From positions 1,302,001 through 1,366,000 of the forward strand of contig JAYWIR010000012.1 of NCBI GenBank assembly GCA_036172245.1: a stretch of DNA of 64,000 nucleotides, in the 5' to 3' direction. The notes beneath the pieces are model-generated. The model did no database searches. It saw only the letters and a list, made by a program, of their open reading frames with translations, and was not told the origin of the DNA. Positions 10,780 to 22,871 of this stretch are shown here, in pieces. This stretch comes from Raillietiella orientalis (taxonomy: Eukaryota). The position numbers and the translations under genes were made by a program. The stretch's first letter is position 1; each line of letters begins with the position of its first letter.

Positions 10780-13400
10780 GTAACGACCTCACGGGGTTTC
10801 CAAGAGCCCCTGCAGAGGTCGGCTGGAACCTTGGAGGAATGCACCCTTCCTCGGGAAAAGAAAGGAACCCGACCGCGAATCCCGTCCTTGCACGCTCTGC
10901 TTCCCGGATCGAATCATTCACTCGGCTTCCAGGAGACGAGGACCCCCTCTCCGGAGCCTTGCGTGGAGAGGGATGGGCGAGAACGTCGCTTTGTTCTCAG
11001 CCCGTGAACTCCGTGATGGCGGCGGCGAGTCCCGAGACGGCTGGGCGAAGCGCCAACTCGCGGAGCGGGAGGGATGAGCCGCCTCGAGCACGCGCCGTCC
11101 CAAGTGTCTCCAGGCCCTCCCCGGCGGGCGCCGGACAGCGCAGGTGTCCCTCCCGACCTGCTTCGACGGGATGTTCTCTGCGACTCTGGAGCCACTTCCT
11201 TCCGTTCTGCTAAGGCTGCAGGAGGAAGGGGATATCCAGGCATTCGGGATGGGGGGAAGAGGGAATAACCGGGCGGTGGGGGCTCTGGCGGATAATGGAA
11301 GGGTTTCGGGGCGGGCAGAGAGCGGTATCGATTGAATCCGCCGCTGACTTTCCTTCCTTGGGAGCACGGAGGGGCCCGAAGACGGTACGTGCTGCATCTA
11401 CTCGTCTGCTGATTGCCCGATTCCTGCTCGCTTCTTCCCACTCCCTCTTTTCGCGTGCATCCCTCCCTGGTCAGGCGAGGGGGGAGCTTGCCTCTTTCCC
11501 TCCTTCCTCTGGACAGAGGGATGACCCGCTCCTCTCCTCTCAAAGGCGGGAGGGTTCTCCAGGCTCCCCGCAGGCCGAGTGGCCTGCTCTCGGGGCAGGG
11601 GGCTTCGCTCGCGGCTCCTACATCAGGACGCGCAGACACTCATAGAACAGAAAGACCGGATTCGCGGATTCTTTCGTTCCTCCTGGGAGGTTTCCCCGTT
11701 TCCTCCCCGGTTCCGGGTTTGCCTACTTTTGCTCTTCCTCCTTCGAGGGAGGAACCCTGGTCAGCTTCCTAGCCTCCTCCCCTGCCGGATTCGCGGTGCC
11801 ACCCGCTCTCACGGAAGAGTGCGTGTGACGATAACGTCATTGGGGATCTTCCGCATGCTTTTCGGCTTCCCTAAACGGGGGGCGGCGGATCCTGAAGCCC
11901 CTGCCGGAAGTATGAGAGCATACAGAGTTGCAAGCGCTAAACCGGTGGTGCCCAAAGGGAGGGACAGGAAATGACGCTAAACCGCCATGACCCCTCGTGA
12001 CTCCCAGGTGCTAAGGAGCGGGGAGCCGTGAGTGCTCACTCACGATTCTGGACTACAGGGATGGACATGCCGGGACGATCTGCGCTCCGATCTCGGGAGA
12101 CGACTCCATTCCTGCAGTTCACTGTTCCTCGTCTCCAGTGCCATTCCCTCTCGGCCTCTTCTCATCCTCCCTCCTTTCTTTCAGCATCGGTTTCGTGAGA
12201 ACCCCAATCGAAGAGCGCAGGGCAGGCATGCTACTGGGCTCCTTCTGTGTAACTGGGAATGTTCAGGTGACTCGAGGGAGGTGAAAACACCCTGACCAAA
12301 GGTCTCGAGGGGTTCTGCTCACCCGAGAGGGCCCTCATTTGGGTCCTCACCCTGCTAGCTAGGAAGCCATGCCGCTGCCCCAAAAAGACATAAGCTCGTT
12401 TCCAGTGCGATGGCGAGGCGTTTCGAAGCGAGCCCGGAATGAGAGAACCGAGCAGCTTTAGAACGTGAGCGAATGGCGGAACCGTGGGAATCCAAAGGGA
12501 GGCGGGACGCTTCCGCAAACCGCCCCGAATCGGGAACGATGGATGAGACTGCTTGGAGGATTTCGGGAGAAGATGCATGGATTCGTAAGAGCTTTTCTCC
12601 TTGTACTCCTCTCTTCAGGCTCCGGAGAACCGGAGGCGAGGTCATTCCTGCTCGTCTGTCCTTGTCCTGGATCCGGTTCCTGGAAAGTCTTCTCTTCCCC
12701 GTTCCACCAGCTCCTGGGCTGGACGGACGAGTCCTTGACAAGCTGCCGCCGCTGGCGTCTTGAAAACCTCCTGACCTCTTCGACTAGGTCGATTCCCTGT
12801 CACCTTCGTGTCCCTTTGTTCAGTAAACGGGGGGCCGCAGCAGATCGTGAACTCCGGCGACTCCTCCATCCCAGAGGGACGGAAGCGTGCGGCATCGCGA
12901 GCTGCCGAAGGGGAGAGTCTCAGAATGTCCCTTCAGCGCGTGGCGGAACGGGGCGCGCGCACTTCCAGAAAGACGGGCGCGCCGGCGTTGTCGCCTGGCA
13001 ACAGATTCCGGAGACCGAAGGAGCGAAGCGGTCGCTGCACACCATGGCTCTCGCATGGAGCAGAGGACTCTCTGCGCCTCCTCAAGAGGAAACGGTAAGA
13101 GTGCTTTGGAACGATCCGGGAAGAGGGAACTCCGAGATCCGAGATTGAAGAGCTCTCGGCTGAGAGTCTTCAGCGCGGATTCGTCGGATCAGTCGCGTGG
13201 CATCTGGGAGGCCATCCTCACGCCGCTTTTCCTTCCCGAGGAGGGAGGAGGGGAGCGGACGCACCCAACCCCGAGCGCGAGATGGGGACGCGCAGTGGCT
13301 GAAGGGGGCGTCATTCCCCCCTCAGGAGAGAAGAAGAGAGTCCCAAACTCGCGGGAATCCCCTTTCCAGATCTGCTTCCGCACGAGGAAAATGATGCCTT
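10780..13400 (+). mobile_element. Degenerate L1/Tx1-type LINE RT/post-RT fragments (probably two pieces)
   Basis: FSATLEPLPSVLLRLQEEGDIQAFG...VGALADN (11144-11335) matches the RT segment LF.L..EPL...I.G...YADD; a second RT/post-RT remnant at 12030-13300. Confidence 0.7.
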
Positions 13401-13479
13401 CAAGTGGAGAGCTGGAAACTTCGAAGATGAGAAGAGCAACGGGCGTTGCCACCCGGTCACGCTGGGGGAATTCATTAGA

Positions 13480-16240
13480 AAAAAAAAAAAACTTAACAGC
13501 TTACAAAGGTGGTGTTAAGGCGCGTGGTCCTACCACGCCCGTCTGCACAAGAAGCCTGCTGCGGGGACCATGCGGGGACCAGCGAAAGGTGCCTCGGCAG
13601 CGGGGGGGCGGGAAAGAAACAAATAAAACGAAAAAGTGGTAAATAAATTAATAAAAAAAAAAAAATTGGCGGGTTTGGGAAAGGATCGCTGCCTGCTGGA
13701 GGGAGTCCTCTACATCCTTTCCAGGATGCAAGGAAAGTTCCGTCCTCATGTCTTCCGGGTGCGGCCATCTGGCTGCTATCCGCAGAAAGCCAACTAGAAA
13801 CAAGGTGGAGCCCCTTTCGTTGGGTCCTCTCTCGGCGTATCTCCAGGCCTCCACGCTCCTGCGCATGCAGCAGCAGGGAGCTGCTGGGGCTGCGGCTGGT
13901 GGAAGGGCATTTCTCATGAAGAGGAGTTTAAAAAGGTCCCTAGATGCGTAGGGCCGTGGCAGAAACCTTCCCATAAAGGCCGGAGGGCAATACAGTCCAC
14001 ATGCAGATGCAGGAGTAATTCTCCCCCTCCGCACCTGAGAACAGCTCGAGTCCACCCTCCCCTGGGTCCAGCGACTCAAGCATGCTTTGCATGAGAGACC
14101 CCAGTGCAACAGTAGGCATGCCAACTGCTGCTGCTTGAGGGGAAGGGTGTGGCTGTCTAAGAATACGGGTGGTCGCATGAGATCTTCCCGAGGAATTTCC
14201 AGCAGCTCGACTCGGTGGAGAAGTCCACGTGGTAGGGCGCTTGGCGTCGCTGCGTCAGTCAGCCGGCGATGCATGGTGATCTCCAGCAGGGATAGGCGAT
14301 CACGGAAGTCGAGCATTCGCGACTGTGGTTTGTAGTCCGTTCCAGAGGGAGAGGTGGAGCTGAAGAACTTCGGGAGAGCTGAAACTTGAAGGAAGAAAAC
14401 CAGACCCTGCGGTCTTTCGGCAGCGTGGGTCAACGCGCTGGCTTCTGACTTCCCTTCGCCGTGTGAAATGAGAGAACATCCCGGAATTTGAATCGAAAGA
14501 TTTCTTTCGCACCTCCCATTCCCAAGTTTTGGGGAAATTTCCTGGGGTTTTCCTTTTCTTCGAGGGAGAAAGGGAGAGAGAAAGGAAGATTCCAGGAACA
14601 TCAGGGGCGTCTGCTGCAAGAAATGGCTGGATTGCTCTGCTCCCCAGCTGCGAGCAGCGCAATCCAGGCGTCGGGGCACACGAGCTTTGGACGCAGAAGT
14701 TTTCCCAGCGCAGGAAGAGCGACGGACGGAGCTCTCAGAACCTCCGCGTCCAGAATGTGAAGGAGCTTCCGTGAAGGAGAGCTGAGTGGGATGAAGGCGT
14801 ACATCCTTCTTGTTCCCTCGCGCCCACTCGCTTGCCTCCTTAAGGATAGCAGCAGGCTCATCGAGCACGAGTGTGCGTGTCTGAAGCGAGAGGGCTTACA
14901 TCGGATGAGGCGGAGTTTCTGGTCGCCAGAGCGCGTCATGAGCACCCTCTTGCATCCTAGGAGCTCGAGGCGTTTGTGCAGCGCTCCTGGGCAGACGATA
15001 AGGGAAGAGTCAAGACCCTCCTATCGTCGGGTTTTTCGAATAGAGTGGCTCAGATGCCGTGGTGATTACCGGCGCAGGAGCAGCAGGAAACTCCAACCTT
15101 CTAAGGCATTTCCACTCGTCGAAGGGAGAGGGCGTTGCTTTCGGGTAGGCAAAACTCCGGTCTCCTACCATTCTCGAAGCCCTCTGCGACCTCTTTTGTC
15201 ATCTCCTGCCTGTGGCCAGCACACGAAGGAAGGAAAAGGGACGGATGACGCAGGCACCACGTGCAACCAAGGCACCTCCGCTACCGCCGCAGTCTCTTTC
15301 CAACCATCGCAGTGTCCAGACTCGCGTCTGAAGAGCCAGTGAATGTTGTGAGCCTTTTCTTCCCCCAGAGTTTGCATTGGGGACTTCCTCACCGGCTTCT
15401 CGGACTCTCCGCCGCGGCCCGAGCGGTTCCGCCTGTCTGGTTTCTCATGTTGGGGAAGGTGGTGATCGAGGATGGACGTCGCATTCCTCCGGTTGCACGG
15501 ACTGCCCAGCTGACTGCTTTACACACTCGGATGCACGATAACATCTCTCCGCTGGCTTCCTGCTGTTTCCCTGACCGTTCGCGATTGTCTGTTTGACAAA
15601 GGAGCCTTCTATCGAGTTACCGGAGCAACCAGGCTCCTTCCAGAGGGTGACAGATTGAAAGGGAAGCAAAAGCAGCTATCTGATGGACTCATTCGCTTCA
15701 TAGCCAGCGGCTGCGAGCGATCCATGCGCTGCCTTTTTAACTTCTAAATTCTTCTTATTACGAAAAGACAAAGAAAACCTTTCCGTTGGTTCGCTTCCCA
15801 TTCCTATGGTCGCTGGAACGGCTTATTGGATTGGATTGGGGTTCCGTTTTTCTTTCCCATGAGCAGTCGGCCGCCCTGGAGAGATCGAACCCCCAGTCGA
15901 ACAAGAGCAGCACCTTCACTCCAGCAGTTTATTCCCGCGCTTGGGAACGGCAAAGTTCGGCTGGATCCCACCTGCGCTCTCCGAGACGGGCAAGGATTCC
16001 CCGGAGTCGAGAGCGAAGAGGCGGGCAGTGCTTCCAGGGCGGAGTGGAAAGAAGGAGCACGCGCAGCTTGAGCTGCGCGGGGCACCAAGGAGGAGCGGGA
16101 AAACCGAGGCGACGCCAAAGCGCCGGGAAACCTGCGAGATGGCCACGGTCCATCCCAGGCGGCACGGGATGTCAGGATGGAGTCGATCGAGAGTTCCTCG
16201 CAGCACCACGATAAGCATGCGATCCCGTGATAACATCATC
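13480..16240 (-). mobile_element. Degenerate L1/Tx1-type LINE, near full ORF2 span
   Basis: Endonuclease-like RRFGVASVFP/GSTARLFALD at ~16100, linker GEEKAHNIHWLFRRE, RT remnant, and zf-RVT LACLLLHWGLSCKACL...LHVDCIALRPLWEGF, same family as the 10059 copy; shared 3' UTR motif GCGTGGTAG(A/G)ACCA. Confidence 0.8.
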
Positions 16241-16293
16241 TAGGGGAGTTGTTTTCCAGCCCTCCGCCCTTTTCATTTCTGATCTTCGGGTAT

Positions 16294-17620
16294 CTTTTTT
16301 TTTTTTTTTTTTTTTTTTTTATTCAGCCCATTTCCTATATGGGTGGGAATTGCGCCCCGTAGGGATTACGCAGCTTTGTGGATTCCCAGACTCCAAAAAC
16401 GTGCTCGCATCTGCGTGCGCACACGAATGACAAGCAGCGAGGGAAAAAAAGTTAATCGAAGAAGTGCAAGACGAATGGACAAAGGAGCGAAGAAGGAGGT
16501 GGGGGGGAGGAAAGCTCCTTTTATTTGAACTTTGTTCTTGTTATCTAACAGGCGTGCTGACCTCCTGTGGAGCGGAGCGGTAGCGCAGGAAACGACCTCT
16601 CGCGGTTATTACGCTGCACCTTCCACTCTGCCCTCCGCGCCTTATTTTTTTTTTTTTTTTTACGGCTCCGCCGAAGAGGAAAACACGGCTGTGAATCAGT
16701 GGACCACTTGATAAAAGGGAGCGCCAAGCAAGGACGGTATGCTGTGTTGCCAGTATCAGCACTAAGGATCTTGTGGTCTGCTGACCGAATCGTCGGTCGG
16801 ATGCTTCGATCGCCGGCGGAAAGATAGGCATCTTTGTCCTGATGCTCGCGACAGTCATCAGGGTGGAGATGACCCCTGTCTTCGAAGTGGTTCCATCGTC
16901 TTTTGTTCGCGAAGGGGAACGAAATCTTCCTTCCTGTCTCGCTTGCGGGAGGTCCAGATCCTCCCTCGACGGCGACGGCGCCAACTCATCTGCCCGCTCG
17001 TGCCGCACGACCACCTTGCCTGTGTCCCCATCGCTGTGTTCGAAACGAAGGGGCGATCTCGAGAAACAGCATCCTCAGAGGCATCCGGAAGGCGCTCCAC
17101 GATCCTCGTTGAAGAGTTTTTTCTTCTCAGACTGCGGGCCGGGCGACGAGGAGATGAAGGTGGTGGGGAGCTGACGCGGAAAGATGGCCCTTGGTTTCGA
17201 AACATCTGGAGGGGCAGCGAGAGCCAGCGAGGATCATCGCGGGTCGTCCTCGCATGCGCGATCGAGGCGGCGCGTTGGGAGATGCGCACCCGGTCAGCGG
17301 CGTGTCCAGCCGAAGAGGCGGAGAAGCAGCAGTCGCCAGGTCGGGAAGCTGCCAAGCCCGCCGGCGACATGTGGACGCCTCCGTTCCGTGCGTGCAGCCA
17401 GGCGGTGTGTGCGCCACCGAGGACCTGCGACCACGGAAAGGCTCTCGGCGCGCTCCGCCGCTTCTGCCCGCAGACAGGAGCCTCCATTGTCGCTCAGCGT
17501 GTTCTCCCTAAGCGTCCCTTCCCAAGAGTGGGGCGGGCTTGCCGCTTGGGTAGTCCTGGAATCTCTCCTAGCCCCAGAGGAAGCTGGATCGATTTGCGCG
17601 CTCAAAGTGGTTGCGTGTAT
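16294..17620 (-). mobile_element. 5'-truncated LINE with AATAAA-poly(A) tail
   Basis: T run at 16294-16320 reads ...GGGCTGAATAAAAAAAA on the minus strand; body homologous to 8250-8680 (RRRPHVAGGLGSFPTW). Confidence 0.75.
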
Positions 17621-17769
17621 GGACGGGAGATTTTTCTTTTCTTTTTTTCAGAAGAGGAAGCGAATGGGGCAGTTGTTACCAAGATGGCATCCCTCCCCCT
17701 CATCCCGTTCCTCGTATCAATCTTTTTTCTTCGCCTTCTTCCTCTCCCTTCTCCTCTAACTCCAGCTCA

Positions 17770-20700
17770 AGGAACGCTCCAGGAACGCTTCTTCAAATTG
17801 GCTCCTGGCGTCCCCTTCGTCCTTTTTTCGGCGTCCCTTTCATGTGTTTTTCTGGTTGGGCTCGGACTGCTCGGCTCGGGGGTGAGAGAATAGAATTCGC
17901 TGCTTTTCCCGAACAGGAAACGGGGGGGGGGACGACCGTGAGCACTGCTTCCAGGTCTCTCCCGTCTTCCTCCGCCTGCAATCGTCCTTCCCCTCCCGTC
18001 CAGGCCCTCCTGAAAATTGCTTAAGCGATCCTCCGTATTCCGGTGGCTGTTCCGACGAGGAGTTTCCAGAGGCTCACGAGATTGCAAACGTGCCCCTCCC
18101 CCCTTCAGCTCCCTTTCAGAATGAGTTCCCCTGGATGAGCTGCAGAAAGCTTCGGTGGTAGGAAGGCACCCGAGAAGGGAATGCATCAGGAACTGGTAGT
18201 AGGGGTGGAGGGATGATGTGGGAATCCCAAAAGAGACGAAAGGAACTCTCCCCTGCTGCCACTCTGCAAATGGAAGGGGATGCTGATTAGAGGAGAGATA
18301 CATCGCTCCAGTGACCTCAAGTAGCTCCGGAAACAGGTGAGGCAATCATCCCTTGAGCAGGCGGCAGGTGGGCAAAGTTTCATCGTATAACCACCGGCGA
18401 CTGCAAGCCCGCTGGAGGGCACTGTTGCAGGAAAAAGGGCTCAAGAAGCCGGTAGGTGCACGATCTACAAAGAAACCTCTGAACGGCGGTGCGGCCCATG
18501 ACTCCTCCCAAAATTTCAATCTCTGACACGAGAGAGCGCTCCATCGCTCCTGGAAGATATCCGGACCTCCGCGTCGTCTTCCGTAATCCTCGGCACGGAT
18601 CGGAAGGGGGTTGCGCGTTCCCCTGAGGGTTCGAGGAGAGGAACACGAGAGCCTGCTAGGAGGCCTTTTAAAATGGGATGCCAGGAGACCGATCCCCCTA
18701 GCCACACGCCTGGAGACCCCAAGAAGATCAGAGAGAAGGCAGATCTCCTCGCAGCCTGCGAAGAGACGTAGGATCTTGTTTTGAAGGGACTGCTGGACGT
18801 GCATGGAGCTGAGCTCCCCTCCTCCGTGCGTTATCTCCTATCTTGTACTGACGAAATGGGAGATGAATCCGCTGACGCTAGGAGTTCCCCTTCGGATTCT
18901 CCTGCCTCCAGCAGGGGAATTCCTTCGGGGAGGAACCACGAAACCCAATTAAAGCATGACAAAAAAATATATATATATAAAGATATCCATAGGAACTTTT
19001 GAGAAGCATTGCCGAAAATGAGTCAGAGGAGTGGTCGTCATAGGAAGGAAAAGCTCCTTCCTCTCTAATCGCGAGTTTGGCTATGCGAACAGAGTACCAG
19101 AAAAGAGGACGAGATCGTGAATCACTCTGCTCGTGAGCTGCTGTTCCTCCTCTTCAAACGATGCTGGGATTTCGATTTTGACAAACGTTGTTTGGGAAAT
19201 TGCTGAGATACGCGTCGGTCACACCTTTTATGTAAGCGGTCCGTAACCCCCAAAACACGCATTTCCATATGGATAATTAACACGAAAGACAACTGAACAC
19301 GGAGAGATTTTATTCGGCCACTTGCGCGTCTTCCACGTGCACCCTCGCGACAAAACTCGACCAAAGCAAAACTTACATTTTTTTAAAAAAAAAAAAACGG
19401 ACTCTCTTATCTTTACTTTCAGCTGGACGAGACCCCGCTTTTTCCAGGGCAGATGTTTGTTCATCTTTGCTTTCAGTTCTGCGGCTTCAAAATGTCATCT
19501 CGACCTCTTCTTCCTTCCTCGTTAAGAACTCGCTTCCAAAAGTACCGCGCTCCCTGCGACAGGACGCCTCACCTCGACTTGGGTTTAATAACGAGCTAAG
19601 TGGCTAATCTGGTGCTGTTCCCTGAGGATCCCGAAATTGCCGTGACTATACAAGGCATGTACAAACGATTTCTTCCGATTATTTACTTGAATTCATTCCG
19701 AGCCTCCATGCATTTCGTGCGTGCAAGTGCGTGGCTGCTGTTAGGCGCGTTTCTGCCCGCGGAATTTTCCGTAGGCCCGCAGAAACTATGGCAACAATCG
19801 GAGAGTTTTTGTAGGCTCAGCCATAAAAAAATAAATTCATGCTTCAGACGAAGGGGGAAAACAAATGACTTGATGATGTTTTCTGTACGTCCTTTAGCAA
19901 ATTTCCCATGTAAGTAGACTTTAATAACAGATTGCTTAATTGCATTAGGATCGCACTCTCGTAAAAGAAAAGAAAAAAAGAAGAAGAAAAACGAACGATG
20001 CATTCCTTACGATTTTCGCATTTCAGCACTTCGCAACTGGCTCTTTCTCTCTCCCTCTCTCTCTCTCTCTTTTGAGGCGAAAAGGATTGTCCTCGGAAAT
20101 TTCGGAAAAATAGAGACTGCGAATAGAAAGGCAGGGAATCGGAATCGGAGTAAGGGTGCCTTCGGTGATTACATGGTTTCTCAAGTGCTGTATTTTATAT
20201 TGCATTGCTCTTTGAAACAACTGGCGCTCCGAACTTTTTGCTTCGCAACAACCTTTGAGACATCTGGTCACTCGAATGGACGTTTCCTGCGCGGACCATC
20301 CACTTGAGGGTGCGGGTAGAAAGTGCTCTCAGATGAACGTTCCCGAGTTCCGCTTTCTCATTGGAGAGGAGGTTGTCTGAGGTCCAGGCGAGTTGGCCCC
20401 GTGGTCAACTCTCCAGGTCGAAAAAAACTCGTGGTCCAAGGACATTCCGCTTTCTGGAGGGCGCGCCTTCCCTCAGCGGAAAGTGATGGTGGTGGCTGTC
20501 TGTGTGCGAGACCGTGCACCTGACCATGACCTTTACTGATTTGAGTTGGGAAGGTCGAGTTTTCTCTCTGGAAAAAGCTCCGAAACTAAAAAGAAGATTC
20601 ATGGAAAGTTGAATCTCATAGACTTAAATCGTCTACGTCCACGCAAGAGTCGCCGCGTGGGCGAGACTTTCATCTGGAGAGAGGAAGGGGCCCGCGCGTG

Positions 20701-21800
20701 GGAGCTCGGAGTTCAGATTTGGTAGAGTGGTGTCTTCGGACCCCGATAAGCGGTGCTTGTACCTGCTTTGTCTAGGTTTCTCCAGAATGTTCACAAGTGG
20801 AGTGGATCCAGTTCAATGGAGTCTCCGCACAGGGATATGACCCGCCTGTCCACTCAACAAGTGAATGTCCCGTAATGATCCACACCGCCTCTCGCGCATC
20901 GCCATCTTGGGTCACTTCCCTACAACTCTGATCTAGACAAAAGACCGAGAAACGACACCAGCACCCTTTCGCTCCACCTGCGTTCGAGACCTACCGGATC
21001 ATCGTCTCCTTGCCCTCTGAATGCTTTGGTAGGGATGTCTCCAGAGAGTACTGAGCTGGGAACGCCGCTGGAAGTCGCAATGGCTCCGGGGTCGCAGAGG
21101 CAGTCTCTCCCGTCGTCCGTAGGCGCTTCCTATTCCCTTCCTGTTGGCTCTCCAGAAAAAACAGCGGTCCAGCTCCGTCCCCTCAGCACCTTCCGGAAGA
21201 ACTTCCCGTGCCTCGAGTGAGTCAGTGGGAAGGAAGTCCTTCGTCCCCTCTTGCGATGAGGAAGAGCAGTACGCTGGGAATCACTCTTAGTTATTGCCCA
21301 CTTTCTTCGTTCCTTGGTTTTCTCTTTCATCCTCGCCTCAGTCGCGGGATCCTCTTCCCCTCGTCTTCCAGCTTCCGGCGTCCCTCCCTTGGAGGACACG
21401 GTTCTCACTTCTAATTCCTGCACTGAATCCCGTCTCCCTTCATGCGAGCGTCCCACCTCTCCTGTCTACCCGCGCGTCCGGGGCGGCGCCCGTCCATGGT
21501 CCGCGTGCGACTCAACCAAGCAGTGAGGGTGGCTTCGGGGTGCTAGGTAGCGCCCCTCGATTGTCCTTTGAGGTTGGTGTGGGGAACCTCTCTCTTGAAG
21601 AATTGTGTTTCGGCTGCAGCGTCGGGCCCTTCCAAACCAGGCAAACCCATCCCAACAGAAGGGCTCCCCCTTCGTCCGACTCGCTTGCGTGAATATGGGT
21701 CGTTCGGACGAGGCTGTCTAGCGGAAAGCGACCCGGCAAGTTACCGCCGTCCCACATTGTTGGACCTCTTCACGATCTTCCCGGGCTTGTCGGGTCCTGT
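17770..21800 (-). mobile_element. Degenerate L1/Tx1-type LINE interrupted by an AT-richer insert (~18950-20260)
   Basis: Endonuclease-like remnants at 20400-21100 (GAGVVS; SHTDSH..GAPSRKRNVL, cf. SDH..G.G.WK.N..L) and post-RT LQNKILRLFAG...RGIGL at 18350-18800. Confidence 0.6.
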
Positions 21801-22108
21801 AGGCATGCAGAGAGATCAGGACTAGGCTGCCGGGATCAGAGAAGGTGACCTTGTTCCTTCTTTCCTACGAAGGTCGCGCTAGTGCTCCAGGGGGAAATCA
21901 AGACACTACGATGTCTTACTGAGGGCAGGGCGGGATCATCTCCTGGTGGACTTCCAATAACGCTTGTTTCCTGCCTTCAGAAGTGACAGCCGGCTTACAC
22001 ATCGAAATAGGGGCCGAGGGCCGTCTCCAGTTCGTCTCCCCTTCGCATCGCCCGCAGTGTCCCCGTTCACCTTTGTGTCTGCCCTTGTTTTGCCTACCGA
22101 GGAACGCC

Positions 22109-22871
22109 ATGGCACCCCTTCTCGGATACTGGAACATCCGAGGACGAGCCCAGCCCATTCGACTCCTGCTGGCCTGCACGGAGAGGCACTTTGAGGAGAA
22201 GCGGTATGAGGAGGGTGACCGTTCTCCCGGGAGGGACTGGATGGCAGAGAAGTTCTCCTTGGACCTGGACTTCCCGAACGTAAACTGCACCATCCTCTTT
22301 TCAGTGTCATTCATTGCTTCGTTCTCTCACTGCCGCCTCTCATGCCCTCTCTAAGCACGTCCCGCTCTCCTTTGTCTAATCCTCCTACTCTTCCCAGCTG
22401 CCCTACTACATAGACGGTAGCGTCCGGCTCACCCAGTCCAACGCCATCCTGCGCTACTTGGGTCGCAAGCACGGCCTGTGTGGGAAAAGCGAGCAACAGA
22501 GAATTCGCATCGACTTGCTGGAAAGCGAGGCCACGGACCTCAGCAACGCATACTTGAGGCTGTGCTACAGCTCGAGGTTCGCCGTCCTGAGGGCACCCTA
22601 CGTGTCCACCCTCATGGCCAAGCTGGAGGGCTTCTCAGCCTTCCTGGGCAGGAGAGAGTGGTTCGCGGACGTACTATCGTACGTGGACTTCGTCCTGTAC
22701 GAACGCCTGGACCAGCACATGCATCTGGAGCCCTCTTGCCTGAAGGAGTTCCCCAATTTGAAGGACTTCCAGAGCCGCTTTGAGTCCCTGCCGGAGATCA
22801 AGGAGTACATGGAGAGCACTCAGTTCCTCCGGTGGCCCATCAACGGGAGAGCCTCCAAGTTCGGGTATTGA
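22109..22871 (+). CDS. GSTM: Glutathione S-transferase, Mu class (2 exons, 214 aa)
   Basis: Exons 22109-22279 and 22398-22871, GT-AG intron of 118 nt. MAPLLGYWNIRGRAQPIRLLL...KFSLDLDFPN|LPYYIDGSVRLTQSNAILRYLGRKHGLCG...LSYVDFVLYE..D; catalytic Tyr present, open frame to TGA. Confidence 0.97.
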
